Assembly (NCBI GenBank): GCA_947598205.1
Contig: CANQFB010000001.1
Coordinates: 61,266 to 125,265, forward strand
Length of the DNA: 64,000 nucleotides
Origin: an uncultured Clostridia bacterium
Lineage (GTDB): Bacteria > Bacillota > Clostridia > Christensenellales > Borkfalkiaceae
Direction: 5' to 3'
Both the position numbers and the translations under genes were made by a program. Each line of letters starts with the position of its first letter. The first letter of the stretch is position 1. The notes below the pieces were generated by a model. The model searched no databases, was not told the origin of the DNA, and saw only the letters and a list, made by a program, of their open reading frames with translations. Below, one piece after another: positions 27,878-37,218 of the stretch.

Positions 27878-28074
27878 ATTATAACACGCGCGCGCGGGAA
27901 TGTCAAACGTTTGTTTCAAAATTTGAAAACTTTTGTTTGGTAATTTTTTCCGCGCTTGCATTTTTTTTAAGGATATGATAGAATGGAAGAGGAAAAATTT
28001 CACGCCATTTTCACATCATGATAAAGGGCGCATAATCTCGCCCTGCTATGATAGATGAAACGGAGGAAAAACGC

Positions 28075-28743
28075 ATGAAAGTACTGATCGCAGACGACGA
28101 AGAAAAGATCCGCGCCGTGCTCCGCGAATATGTGGAATTCGAGGGCGGCGAGGCCGACGAAGCCGAAGACGGCATGGAGGCCGTGAAAAAGTGCCGCGAA
28201 GAGGATTTCGACGTCGTGCTCATGGACGTGATGATGCCGCGGCTCGACGGTTTTTCCGCCGTCAAGGAGATCAGAAAGTTCTCCAAGACGCCCGTCATCA
28301 TGCTCTCCGCGCGGGGAGAAGAATACGATAAACTCTTCGGCTTTGAGATCGGGGCCGACGACTATGTGACCAAGCCTTTTTCCCCCAAAGAAGTGCTTGC
28401 GCGCATCCATGCCGTCATGCGCCGCGGCAACGTCGCCGCGCAATCGGAGGGGGGCATGTACGAGTTTGAGGGTCTGAAAATCGATATAGCGGGCAGAAAC
28501 GTCTATGTCGACGGCGAGAAGATCCTCCTCACGCCCAAGGAGTATGAACTCCTCTTCTACTTCGTGCAGAACATGGGCGTCGCCCTCTCCCGCGAGCGCC
28601 TTCTCTCCAAGGTCTGGGGGTACGATTTCTTCGGCGATGACCGCACTGTCGATACCCATGTGAAGATGCTCCGCGGGAGCTTGAAGCAATACCGCAAGTT
28701 CATCGTGACCCTTCGGGGCCTCGGCTATAAATTTGAAGTTTAA
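28075..28743 (+). CDS. OmpR-family response regulator
   Basis: Start set to MKVLIADDEE (28075) behind GGAGG. Receiver VVLMDVMMPRLDG; winged-helix LTPKEYELLFYF. Confidence 0.9.
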   Translation: MKVLIADDEEKIRAVLREYVEFEGGEADEAEDGMEAVKKCREEDFDVVLMDVMMPRLDGFSAVKEIRKFSKTPVIMLSARGEEYDKLFGFEIGADDYVTKPFSPKEVLARIHAVMRRGNVAAQSEGGMYEFEGLKIDIAGRNVYVDGEKILLTPKEYELLFYFVQNMGVALSRERLLSKVWGYDFFGDDRTVDTHVKMLRGSLKQYRKFIVTLRGLGYKFEV

Positions 28744-28761
28744 GGCGGAAGGGAAAGCGGC

Positions 28762-30228
28762 ATGAAGAGGGGGGCGCAACAAAAGAAATTGAGGGCGGGC
28801 AGGAGCCTGAACCTCATTTTATGGTTCGCCTTCACCCTCTTCGCGCTCGTCATCATCCTCCTCTTTCTGGCCTTGCAGAGCCTCCTCGTCGGCATGCAGT
28901 ACCGCGACAGGACCTTCTCTTCCATGAAGCAGGCGGGCGCGCGGGCGGCGGAGGAACTCGCGGGGGCGAATGCGGATACGATGCTCTTCCGGCGGCTCAG
29001 AGAGATCGAGGAGACGTACGACGTGCGCATCCGCATCCTCGCATCCGACGGCACGACCGTCGATTCCGACGGATACGGCGAGGAAAAATTCCCCGAGATC
29101 GTCGAGCGGCTCCGTGAGGAGCTCTCGGAGGGAAGGGAGGAGGTGACGGTGAGCGATTCCGCCTCTCTCGGCTATGCGACGGCCGTCAAATCCCAGCCCT
29201 ATTACCTCTATATTTCCTCTTCGCTTGCCCGCATCCGCACGCTCGAGAGCAGTCTGCGCTGGCTCTCCCTCTCCGCCGGGCTCTTTTCCGTCGTCCTCGC
29301 CTTTGTGGCGAGCGGCTTTTTGGCGATGCTCATCACGAGGCCCGTCACCGAGGTCACAGACCGCGCAAAGGAACTCGCCCGCGGGCATTTCGATCTCGAT
29401 TTCAAGCGCGATTATTTTTGTTCGGAGATGCAGGAGCTCTCGGATGCGCTCGACTACGCCCGCGTGGAGATCTCCAAGGCCGACGCCGTGCAGAAGGAGC
29501 TCATCGCCAACGTCTCCCACGATTTCAAGACCCCGCTCACCATGATCAAGGCCTATGCCTCGATGATCGTGGAGATCTCTGGCGACGATAAGAGGAAGCG
29601 CGAGGCCCACGCCAAGGTGATCATCGAGGAGGCCGACCGCCTGACCGCGCTCGTCGAAGACGTGTTGGACCTCTCCAAACTCCGCGCGGGAATGGGGGTG
29701 CACGCGCCCGCCGTCTTCAACCTTTCGGAACTTCTCTACCGCATCCTCGAGCGGTTCGATTACCTCACCGAGACGCAAGGATACACCTTCGAGCAAGACA
29801 TCGATGAAGACCGCTATGTCTATGCCGACCGCGAGCGCATCGGGCAGGTCATTTATAATCTATTGAGCAACGCCGTCAACTATACAGGGGCGGATAAGCG
29901 GGTGACCGTCCGCCTGAAGGGGGCGGGCGGGGCGACGCGCCTCGACGTCATCGATACGGGCGCGGGCATTCCCGAAGAACAGATCGGCCTCATTTGGGAC
30001 CGTTATTATAAGATGCAGGAGACGCACAAACTTCCCGTCAAGGGGACGGGTTTGGGGCTCTCCATCGTAAAGCACATTCTTGAGATGCAAGGCTGTCCGT
30101 ACGGGGTCCGTTCGGAAGCGGATAGGGGAAGCGACTTTTGGGTGGAATTTCCGCCTCCGCCCGAGGATAGAGAAAGGGCGGTCGGCGCACCCTCTTCGGA
30201 GGGGCGCGGGGAGGATGAAAAAGCATGA
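28762..30228 (+). CDS. sensor histidine kinase
   Basis: Two TM segments plus HAMP. H-box SHDFKTPLT; N/G boxes NLLSNAVNYTG, DTGAGIPEE, GTGLGLSIV. Confidence 0.9.
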   Translation: MKRGAQQKKLRAGRSLNLILWFAFTLFALVIILLFLALQSLLVGMQYRDRTFSSMKQAGARAAEELAGANADTMLFRRLREIEETYDVRIRILASDGTTVDSDGYGEEKFPEIVERLREELSEGREEVTVSDSASLGYATAVKSQPYYLYISSSLARIRTLESSLRWLSLSAGLFSVVLAFVASGFLAMLITRPVTEVTDRAKELARGHFDLDFKRDYFCSEMQELSDALDYARVEISKADAVQKELIANVSHDFKTPLTMIKAYASMIVEISGDDKRKREAHAKVIIEEADRLTALVEDVLDLSKLRAGMGVHAPAVFNLSELLYRILERFDYLTETQGYTFEQDIDEDRYVYADRERIGQVIYNLLSNAVNYTGADKRVTVRLKGAGGATRLDVIDTGAGIPEEQIGLIWDRYYKMQETHKLPVKGTGLGLSIVKHILEMQGCPYGVRSEADRGSDFWVEFPPPPEDRERAVGAPSSEGRGEDEKA

Positions 30229-31616
30229 AAAAGCAATGGGGGGCGCTCCTTCTCGCCATCCCCCTTGCCGCGCTCGCGGCGGGAAATTCCGCCGTCAGCG
30301 CATCCGCAGGGGGACATTGGGAGGGGACGGACGGCTGCGGCTTCGTCGTCAAGGAAGGAAGCCCCGTCGAGATCGAGCGCGAAGAGATCAGGATGCGGAT
30401 CGCAGAACTTCCCGACCCTTCTTCGGGAAGCGTGACGCCTTCCTATGTCGAGGCCTCCTATACCTTCTATAATCCGACGGAGGAAGATGTCGGCCTCACG
30501 CTCTACCTTCCCGCCGTCGATTGCATGTATCCCGGGTGCACCATCACGGCCGCGGACAACGTCGCGACGATGAACTTTTCCGGCGGCGCAACGGGGAGCG
30601 GACTTCGCTATACCTTCAGGAGCGTCTTTTCCCTCGACGCCGAGGCAGAAGTGGACCGCATCGAAGACGGGCGGCGGAGCGATCCCTTCTTTTTTCCCGA
30701 TCTGCCCGTCCGCCGCGTGCGCTACCGCCTGCAGAGGACGGACGCGCGCGACCGCGATTTCGCCCACCTCGTTCTCAAGTATAATCCGACCCGCACGCGC
30801 ATCTTTTTCGACAACCGTTGCGGCGGCGCAAAGACGGCCGTCGAAGACGGTCTCGTCCGCTTGACGTGGGAGACTTCGCTCTATGATTGCTTCGCCGATG
30901 TGTGGATACTCGGCGAAGAGGCCGAGGCGGTGGAGAGCTTCGTCACCTCCGATTCCGAGGCGAAAAAGCGGGTGGACGACGCAGTATTTTCTGCCGAAGA
31001 GGAGATGGAAGAGAGCTTTTCCGCCTTTGTCTCGGGGAAACTTTCGGAGAGCGGGCTGGGCATCGGGGAGGAAGATTGGTACAATCTCTTTGTCGATCTT
31101 CTGAACGACCGCCTCAACCATTGCGGCCTCATCTATGTGCCGACGGAGTGGGTTTCGCAGGGCCGCCTTCGGACATGGTATGAGTATCGGCTGTCTGTCC
31201 CCGCAAAAGAGCGTGTCACGGCAAAGACGGTCTTGCCCCTTTTCCCCACCGTCAACGAGAGAGGCCCCGTCTACCGCTACGATTATCTCATCTCGCCCGC
31301 CCACCGCTTTGCGGCCTTCAAAGATCTGGAGGTGCATGTCGAGACGCCCTTCTATCTCGGCTACAGCTCCTTGAGCCTCGAAGAGGAGGAGGGGGGATAT
31401 TTCTTCAGGAGGGAGGAACTCCCCATCGGTGAATTTTCCTTCACGCTCGCCCGCTCGGAGGAGGACTTCCGCGCAGGGAACAGCGGAACGGGGGAGAAAC
31501 TTTCACCCAACATGCGGCTCGCCATCATCATCCTCTGCGTGCTCGCGGGCGGCGCAGTCATTGCCGGCGTTGCGGCCATCGTCGCCGCCAAAAAGCATCG
31601 CCGCCGTTCGCGCTGA
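30225..31616 (+). CDS. secreted, C-terminally anchored protein co-transcribed with the two-component system
   Basis: ATGA overlap with the kinase stop. Signal peptide MKKQWGALLLAIPLAALAAGNSAVSA; C-terminal TM LAIIILCVLAGGAVIAGVAAIVAA plus KKHRRRSR. Confidence 0.75.
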   Translation: MKKQWGALLLAIPLAALAAGNSAVSASAGGHWEGTDGCGFVVKEGSPVEIEREEIRMRIAELPDPSSGSVTPSYVEASYTFYNPTEEDVGLTLYLPAVDCMYPGCTITAADNVATMNFSGGATGSGLRYTFRSVFSLDAEAEVDRIEDGRRSDPFFFPDLPVRRVRYRLQRTDARDRDFAHLVLKYNPTRTRIFFDNRCGGAKTAVEDGLVRLTWETSLYDCFADVWILGEEAEAVESFVTSDSEAKKRVDDAVFSAEEEMEESFSAFVSGKLSESGLGIGEEDWYNLFVDLLNDRLNHCGLIYVPTEWVSQGRLRTWYEYRLSVPAKERVTAKTVLPLFPTVNERGPVYRYDYLISPAHRFAAFKDLEVHVETPFYLGYSSLSLEEEEGGYFFRREELPIGEFSFTLARSEEDFRAGNSGTGEKLSPNMRLAIIILCVLAGGAVIAGVAAIVAAKKHRRRSR

Positions 31617-31777
31617 AAAATTGCGCGAAACGCTTGCCTTTTCGGGGACGGCGTGATAAAATAGAAGCGACCTGAACGGAAAGATAGGTCTGACCGCGAA
31701 GGGGCGAATGATCGGAATGTTCGGCGCTTTCGTGCGCCTTGTCTCCCTTTGCCCCCCGCGGCGAAGGGAGGTTTTTT

Positions 31778-32047
31778 ATGGAAAAACAGATCGTGCAGGA
31801 GGAGAAGCGCATTGCGGTGCTCTCCATCATCGTGGAGAAGCGGGAACATTCCGCCGAGCAGGTCAATTCCCTTCTCTCGGAATACGGCGAATGTATCGTG
31901 GGCAGAATGGGAATACCCTATCACGCGAAGGCGGTCTCGGTGATCTGCGTCGTCCTCGATGCCGACGCCTCCTCCATCAACGCCCTCACGGGGAAACTCG
32001 GGAGGCTCGAGGGCGTTACGGCCAAGACCTTGTTCAGCAAATATTGA
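31778..32047 (+). CDS. small ACT/NikR-C-like regulator (TM1266-type family)
   Basis: Start set to MEKQIVQEEKRIAVLSIIV (31778) behind GAAGGGAGG. RIAVLSIIVEKREHSAEQVNSLLSEYGECIVGRMGIPY resembles the TM1266-type putative hydrogenase-system regulator family (from memory). Confidence 0.55.
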   Translation: MEKQIVQEEKRIAVLSIIVEKREHSAEQVNSLLSEYGECIVGRMGIPYHAKAVSVICVVLDADASSINALTGKLGRLEGVTAKTLFSKY

Positions 32048-32071
32048 GTAATCTTTCAAAGGAGCTATATC

Positions 32072-33094
32072 ATGAAAAAACTACTTTGCACCATTTTAGC
32101 GGCTACCATGTCCGCGATCGGGGTATTCGGAATTGCCGCCTGCGGCCAAAAAAGCAATGAGCTCGAAGTTGTTGCGCCCGACGGCGCGCCCGCGCTCGCC
32201 CTCCTCAATGCCATTGCAGGCGAAGAGCAAAAGGAAGAAGAGCTCTTCGATTTCGAGGTCGTCAACAGCAGCCTCATCCAGACGTTCGTCACGGGGGCTT
32301 CCCCCAAAGCCGACATCGCCGTCCTTCCCGTCAATCTTGCGGCAAAAATGCTCGGAAACGGCGCCTCCTACGAGATGCTCGGCGCCGTCACATGGGGGAA
32401 TTTCTATTTCCTCACGACGGGCGATAACCCCGTTTTGACGGCGGAAAACCTCGGCGTCCTCACGGGGAAGAAGGTGGGCGTCGTCCAGCTTCCCAACGTC
32501 CCCGGTCTCACCTTCCGTTCGGTGCTCGGGGCGCACGAGCTCGATTGCAATGTGCTCCCGAGCGCGCAGGCGGAGGCCGTTCCCGAAAAGGTCAACCTCG
32601 TCGCCTTCGATTCGGCAGAGAACGTCACCCCCGCGAGTTTGTGCGATTACTACCTCTGCCCCGAGCCCGCCGCATCCACCAAGATCGCGAAGACGGCTTC
32701 CTCTCCCACACCCTTCAAAAAGGGCGGAGATCTTCAGGCCCTCTATGGCGAAGGGGGATACCCGCAGGCCGTAGCCGTCGCGAAAAAGAGCGTCATCGAG
32801 AGCCGCAAGAAGGACGTTGAGACCTTCATCTCCTATCTCGAGGGAAGCGCCGAATACCTCGCTTCCGTCACCCCCGCGACGGTGCTCGCCCTTTTGGACG
32901 ATGTCCGTACCGAAGGCCTCAAGCCCTCCTTCAGCGCAGAGAACCTCACCCCCGAGGTCATTGCGAATTGCTCCGTCCGCTACACGGCGAGCAAGCTCTG
33001 CAAACAAGATGTCGTGACCTTCCTCACGAAACTGATGGGGATCGACCCGCAGGCGGCCGCCCTTCCCGCCGACGGATTCTTCTATATGGATTGA
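32072..33094 (+). CDS. ABC transporter substrate-binding lipoprotein (NMT1/THI5-like, NitT/TauT family)
   Basis: Lipobox GIAAC. 340 aa. Followed by permease and ATPase. Confidence 0.75.
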   Translation: MKKLLCTILAATMSAIGVFGIAACGQKSNELEVVAPDGAPALALLNAIAGEEQKEEELFDFEVVNSSLIQTFVTGASPKADIAVLPVNLAAKMLGNGASYEMLGAVTWGNFYFLTTGDNPVLTAENLGVLTGKKVGVVQLPNVPGLTFRSVLGAHELDCNVLPSAQAEAVPEKVNLVAFDSAENVTPASLCDYYLCPEPAASTKIAKTASSPTPFKKGGDLQALYGEGGYPQAVAVAKKSVIESRKKDVETFISYLEGSAEYLASVTPATVLALLDDVRTEGLKPSFSAENLTPEVIANCSVRYTASKLCKQDVVTFLTKLMGIDPQAAALPADGFFYMD

Positions 33095-33103
33095 CGGGAT
33101 CAC

Positions 33104-33859
33104 GTGAAAAAACAGACGATCTACAACCTTCTCTTCTCGCTCGCGGCCGTCGTCCTCCTGTGGGCCATGTGGCTGATCGCCGCGCTGTGTTTGAGAAACG
33201 ACTATATCCTTCCGTCCTTCGTGGACGCCTTCAAGGAGATGGGGCGGCTCTTTCGGGACGCCGCCTTTTGGCATGCCTTTGCGAACACCCTCCTGCGCAC
33301 CGTCGTCTCCTTTGCGGTCTCCCTCGTCCTCGGCGTCCTTCTCGCCGTCTTCGCCCGTATGAAGAGGGGCGTCCGCGCCTTCCTCGCGCCCATCGTCTCC
33401 ATTTTGCGCACCGTCCCGACGATGGCGATCATTTTGATGCTCCTCATCTGGACGACGCCCCGCGTCGCACCCGTCGTCGTCACCTTCCTCGTCCTGATGC
33501 CCGCCGCATATGCGGCCGCCCTCGCAAGTTTCGACGAGGTGAAAGAACAGTTCGGCGAAATGGCGGAGACCTTCAGGATCCCCGCCGCGCGCAAGATCTT
33601 CAAGATGTATCTCCCGCTCTCCGCCCCGAGCATCCTCGCACAGAGCGGGCCCATTCTCTCGATGGGGCTCAAGATCACCGTTTCGGGCGAAGTGCTTGCG
33701 AGCACCTACCAAAGCGTCGGCGGGCTCATGCAGGAGGCGAAGATGTTCGTCGAAATGCCCCGTCTCATGGCGCTTACGCTCATCTGCATCGTGCTCGGGT
33801 TCTTGCTCGAAGGCCTCTTCGCCCTCCTGAATAAGATCGTCGTGAGGTGGCGCACATGA
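33104..33859 (+). CDS. ABC transporter permease
   Basis: GTG start. 251-aa polytopic membrane protein between the binding protein and the ATPase. Confidence 0.8.
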   Translation: MKKQTIYNLLFSLAAVVLLWAMWLIAALCLRNDYILPSFVDAFKEMGRLFRDAAFWHAFANTLLRTVVSFAVSLVLGVLLAVFARMKRGVRAFLAPIVSILRTVPTMAIILMLLIWTTPRVAPVVVTFLVLMPAAYAAALASFDEVKEQFGEMAETFRIPAARKIFKMYLPLSAPSILAQSGPILSMGLKITVSGEVLASTYQSVGGLMQEAKMFVEMPRLMALTLICIVLGFLLEGLFALLNKIVVRWRT

Positions 33860-34521
33860 AACTTTCGGGCGTAACAAAAAAATACGGCGAGAAATTCGCC
33901 CTGCAAAATATCGACCTCGAGATCGAAGAGGGGAAGATCACGGCCGTCCTCGGCGAGAGCGGCGCGGGCAAGACCACCCTTCTCAAGATCTTGGCGGGCC
34001 TTCTTCCCTGCGAGGGGCAGGTGGAGAGGAAGGGCGCCGTCTCCTACCTCTTTCAGGAAGCCGCCCTCCTGCCGCACCTTTCCGTCACGGGCAACCTGAA
34101 ATTTGTCCTTCCCAAAGAAAAATGGGGGGAGATCGCAGACATGGTATGCCGTGTTGGCCTCAAAGGCCGTGAGAAGAGCCTCCCCAAGGAGCTCTCGGGA
34201 GGGGAGAAACAGCGCGTCGCCATCGCCCGCGCCTTCCTCTACCCGCACGATGTCCTTCTGATGGACGAACCTTTCTCTTCCCTCGACCTCTCCCTGAAGA
34301 AGTCGCTGATCGAGCTCGTCGTCGAGCTATGGCAGAAGCGGCGGGAGACGGTCGTCTTCGTCACGCACGACGTGCACGAGGCCGCGCTTTTATCCCAGCG
34401 CGCCGTCGTCTTGCGGAAGGGGCAGATCGCGGGCGATTATCCCGTGCCCGAGCCCTTCCCCCGTAGCTTTTTCTCCAATTCCTTTGTCGAATCCCTCCTC
34501 ATCCACACGTTGATGGATTAG
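33856..34521 (+). CDS. ABC transporter ATP-binding protein
   Basis: Start set to ATG 33856 (MKLSGV), ATGA overlap with the permease stop. Walker A GESGAGKTTLLK, signature LSGGEKQRV, Walker B LLMDEPFSSLD. Confidence 0.9.
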   Translation: MKLSGVTKKYGEKFALQNIDLEIEEGKITAVLGESGAGKTTLLKILAGLLPCEGQVERKGAVSYLFQEAALLPHLSVTGNLKFVLPKEKWGEIADMVCRVGLKGREKSLPKELSGGEKQRVAIARAFLYPHDVLLMDEPFSSLDLSLKKSLIELVVELWQKRRETVVFVTHDVHEAALLSQRAVVLRKGQIAGDYPVPEPFPRSFFSNSFVESLLIHTLMD

Positions 34522-34531
34522 TGAAAAAAAA

Positions 34532-34715
34532 GCCTTCCCCCCTCGGGGGGGAAGGTGTCGCCTCCGGCGACAGATGAGGGGCAAAGTCCTACCTCGTTTA
34601 CGGGGGAAGGTGTCAAACGAAGTGAGACAGGTGGGGACCTTGTCGCCCCTTATAGGGGAGATGTCGCCTTTAGGCGACAGAGGGGTTCAATCCCCGCCCC
34701 TTCAAAGGGAGCAAC
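34532..34715. repeat. array of short GC-rich hairpins (intergenic repeat family)
   Basis: gccttcccccctcgggggggaaggt, gtcgcctccggcgac, gtcgcctttaggcgac and related stem-loops in series. The first hairpin is preceded by an A8 run. Confidence 0.6.
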
Positions 34716-34790
34716 CTTGTGCTCACCCAATTTAATTTCCCAACAAAAAACAGCTCGCAAAAGTGCGGGCTGTTTTCACTCCAAACGATC

Positions 34791-35909
34791 TCAAATCTTC
34801 TTGACGAAGGCGCGGCGGCGTTTATGCTGGACGGCGTTGAACATCTTCCATTGGTTGATGATGGCGTAGTTGTCTTCGAGGTTGAGATTGGTCTCGCAAT
34901 ATTCCACGCCGTTATCGCGCATCATGTGCAGAAGTTCGTTGACGAGCACCGATCCGATGCCCTTGTTGGTATATTCGGGAATGACGCCGATGAGGCCGAG
35001 GTCGACCACCTTCGGTTTTTTCACCGCCTTCAGAATGCGCAAGAGGGTGGGGAGGGTGAGCCTTCCGCCCGACTTTTTTACGGCCTCTCCGATGGCGGGG
35101 AAGATGATCCCGAGGCAGACGGGGTTTTCGTTTTCGTTGAGCACGACGCGCACGAAGCGGATGTCGATGATCTGGCGGAATCCGCGGATGAGCTCCCGCT
35201 TCATGTTTTCGGTGAAGGGGACAGTCCCATAGATGTCGCGATAGGATTCGTCGAGCACGGCAAAGAATTTATCCGAATACTTCTTCAAGAATTCGCTCGT
35301 GTTGCGCGCCTCGCCGAGGTGGAGACGGTAGCGTTCCATCAGTTTTTTGGAAACGCGGTCGAGCTTCCCGTCGTCTTCGGGCAGAAGGGAGAGCTTGTGC
35401 TCGATCCAGTCGATCTCCTTCCCGTATCCCGCATTTTCGATGAGCTTCTGATAGTAGGGGAAGTTATACTGTTCCTCGAAAGTGGACATTTCGCCGAAGC
35501 CCTCGATGAGGAGCCCTTCGCGCTCCAAATCGGAAAATCCGAGCGGGCCGACGATCTCCTCCATGCCCTTCTTCTTCGCCCAATCTTCGACCGCGCCGAA
35601 CAGGGCGTCAGCCGCCTCCTGATCGTCGATGCAGTCGAACCGCGTGAAGCGCACCCGTTTCTGCCCCCATTTTTCATTTGCAGTGCGTTGCAGAATGCCC
35701 GAGATGCGCCCGACCGTCTTCCCGTCCCGCAATGCGAGGAAGTAGACAGCCTCCGCTTGGTCGAGGTAGTGATAATCGGGGCGGAAGACGCGCATTTCGT
35801 CGCCGTAGAGCGGGGGAACAAAGTTGGGCTCGTCGCGGTAGAGCCGGAGGGGGAAGCGCACAAATTCGCGCTGTTGTTTCTTCGTCTGTACTTTTTGGAT
35901 CTCTATCAT
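34791..35909 (-). CDS. GNAT-family N-acetyltransferase (long form)
   Basis: 372 aa. N-terminus MIEIQKVQTKKQQREFVRFPLRLYRDEPNFVPPLY and C-terminal GVIPEYTNKGIGSVL acetyl-CoA motif. Confidence 0.75.
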   Translation of the reverse strand: MIEIQKVQTKKQQREFVRFPLRLYRDEPNFVPPLYGDEMRVFRPDYHYLDQAEAVYFLALRDGKTVGRISGILQRTANEKWGQKRVRFTRFDCIDDQEAADALFGAVEDWAKKKGMEEIVGPLGFSDLEREGLLIEGFGEMSTFEEQYNFPYYQKLIENAGYGKEIDWIEHKLSLLPEDDGKLDRVSKKLMERYRLHLGEARNTSEFLKKYSDKFFAVLDESYRDIYGTVPFTENMKRELIRGFRQIIDIRFVRVVLNENENPVCLGIIFPAIGEAVKKSGGRLTLPTLLRILKAVKKPKVVDLGLIGVIPEYTNKGIGSVLVNELLHMMRDNGVEYCETNLNLEDNYAIINQWKMFNAVQHKRRRAFVKKI

Positions 35910-36010
35910 ACCGCCATTATAAAATATATTGTTGTCTTTGTCAAGAAAAAAAACAGGCCGCTCTTGACAGGGCGCAAAACTTCCCCTATAATGGGCGTAA
36001 GGAGGAAGAC

Positions 36011-36757
36011 ATGATCGACAAAATCAGGATAGACCTTCCCGCCCCCGCGGGCGAGGAGGAACGCACGGCATACGTCTATGTGCCGGACGATGCGAAGGCG
36101 GGCGAACGTTTCCCCGTCATGTATCTCTTCGACGGGCAGACCGCCTTTTTCGACGAGACCGCCCCCTACGGCGAAAGTTTGCGCCTTGCGGAGCTTTTGA
36201 AAGAGCGCAAAACGCGCCTTATCGTCGCCTCTGTAGAGGCCGATAAAAAGGATCGGATGAGCGAATATTCGCCCTTCGCCTTCCGCTCCCCGTTCGGGGA
36301 TTCCACGGGCTACGGGCGGCGGCATCTTGAATGGCTCACGGGCGTTTTCAAGCCCTTCATCGACGAAAAATATCCCACTTTGGGCGATCGCGCCCATACC
36401 ATGCTCGCGGGCAGCTCTTTGGGCGGGCTGATGACGCTCTACGGCATGGCGGTCTTCGGCGACGTATTTTCGGCGGGCCTTGCCTTCTCCCCGAGCCTTT
36501 GGGTGAACGCGGGGGAGATGGCCCGTCTGCTCGAAAAAGTCCGCCCCGACAGCGAAATCTATTTCGATTACGGCGAGAAGGAACTCACCAACCACAAGGA
36601 AGTGAAGGAAAGTCTGGTCATGGCCGCAGACGCCCTCGCAAAGAGCGGCGCATGCTATTGCTTCCGCCTCGCAAAGGGGGCGATCCATAACGAGGGGGCA
36701 TGGAAGAAGCGCCTTCCCTCCGCCCTCGATTGCTTCGAGCTCACCCGCATGAATTAA
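36011..36757 (+). CDS. alpha/beta hydrolase, esterase-D-like
   Basis: Start set to ATG 36011 (MIDKIRIDLP) behind AGGAGG; the ORF-track start 35678 is an Arg-rich extension antisense to the GNAT gene. Nucleophile elbow GSSLGG. Confidence 0.8.
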   Translation: MIDKIRIDLPAPAGEEERTAYVYVPDDAKAGERFPVMYLFDGQTAFFDETAPYGESLRLAELLKERKTRLIVASVEADKKDRMSEYSPFAFRSPFGDSTGYGRRHLEWLTGVFKPFIDEKYPTLGDRAHTMLAGSSLGGLMTLYGMAVFGDVFSAGLAFSPSLWVNAGEMARLLEKVRPDSEIYFDYGEKELTNHKEVKESLVMAADALAKSGACYCFRLAKGAIHNEGAWKKRLPSALDCFELTRMN

Positions 36758-36814
36758 AAATTGCATGAAAAAGCGGCCCCGCGGGGCCGCTTTTTGCGTC
36801 TGATAATTTTTGGA

Positions 36815-37183
36815 TCAATAATAGGAAGGGATTTGCGATATGGCGGCCGTGCCCAACGCTACGACGATGATGATGGCGATCAGCGCGATGGCCATCTCCA
36901 CGATGGAGACGATGAGGCCCGCGAGCGCGAGGCCGTGCCCTTCGCCGTTCATCTCCTTCGACTTGTTGAGGCCGATGATGGAGAGAATGAGCCCGACGAC
37001 GGGAAAGAGGAAAGCAAACACGAGCCCGAGGATGGCATAGATGTTAGTCTGCTGGGCGGGTTGTTGCTGATAGACGTAAGTGGTCTGTTGAGGTTGCGCT
37101 TGCGGTTGGCCGAGCGCCGCGCCGCAGTTGGGGCAGAAGGGGGCGTTTCCGTCTACCTGACCGCCGCATTTGGGACAAAACAT
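36815..37183 (-). CDS. zinc-ribbon plus DUF4190-like membrane protein
   Basis: Start set to MFCPKCGGQVDGNAPFCPNCG (37183) behind AAGGAGGA. Q/P-rich linker, then two TM helices. Confidence 0.75.
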   Translation of the reverse strand: MFCPKCGGQVDGNAPFCPNCGAALGQPQAQPQQTTYVYQQQPAQQTNIYAILGLVFAFLFPVVGLILSIIGLNKSKEMNGEGHGLALAGLIVSIVEMAIALIAIIIVVALGTAAISQIPSYY

Positions 37184-37218
37184 TTTTGAGATCCTCCTTA
37201 AGATCATTTGATATTTTC

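Noticed and set aside
27914-27928. 15-bp AT-rich palindrome TTTCAAAATTTGAAA in the radical-SAM/response-regulator divergent region
   Set aside because: It is short and AT-rich within an AT-rich promoter region, so it is expected by chance. No second copy was noticed.
31617-31777. TPP or guanidine-I (ykkC) riboswitch upstream of the NMT1-type ABC operon
   Set aside because: I could not find the conserved cores (CUGAGA...ACCUGAUCUGGAUAAUGCCAGCG for TPP, or the GGGA/ACACGGCGGG-type ykkC elements). I retained it only as an unclassified structured leader.
32096-33877. Very long antisense ORFs (593 aa here; also 58153..60456 at 767 aa, 40654..42495 at 613 aa, 21310..22794 at 494 aa, 14340..15644 at 434 aa, 34719..36014 at 431 aa, 13307..14764 at 485 aa)
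   Set aside because: Each lies opposite or out of frame to a gene with strong family motifs (ABC transporter, giant lipoprotein, pyrG, foldase, glpK, GNAT). The products are Arg/Gly/Asp/Glu-rich low-complexity sequences, which are classic high-GC shadow ORFs.
35678-36010. N-terminal extension of the esterase ORF
   Set aside because: It is antisense to the GNAT gene and Arg-rich. ATG 36011 follows AGGAGG and the AT-rich intergenic promoter region.
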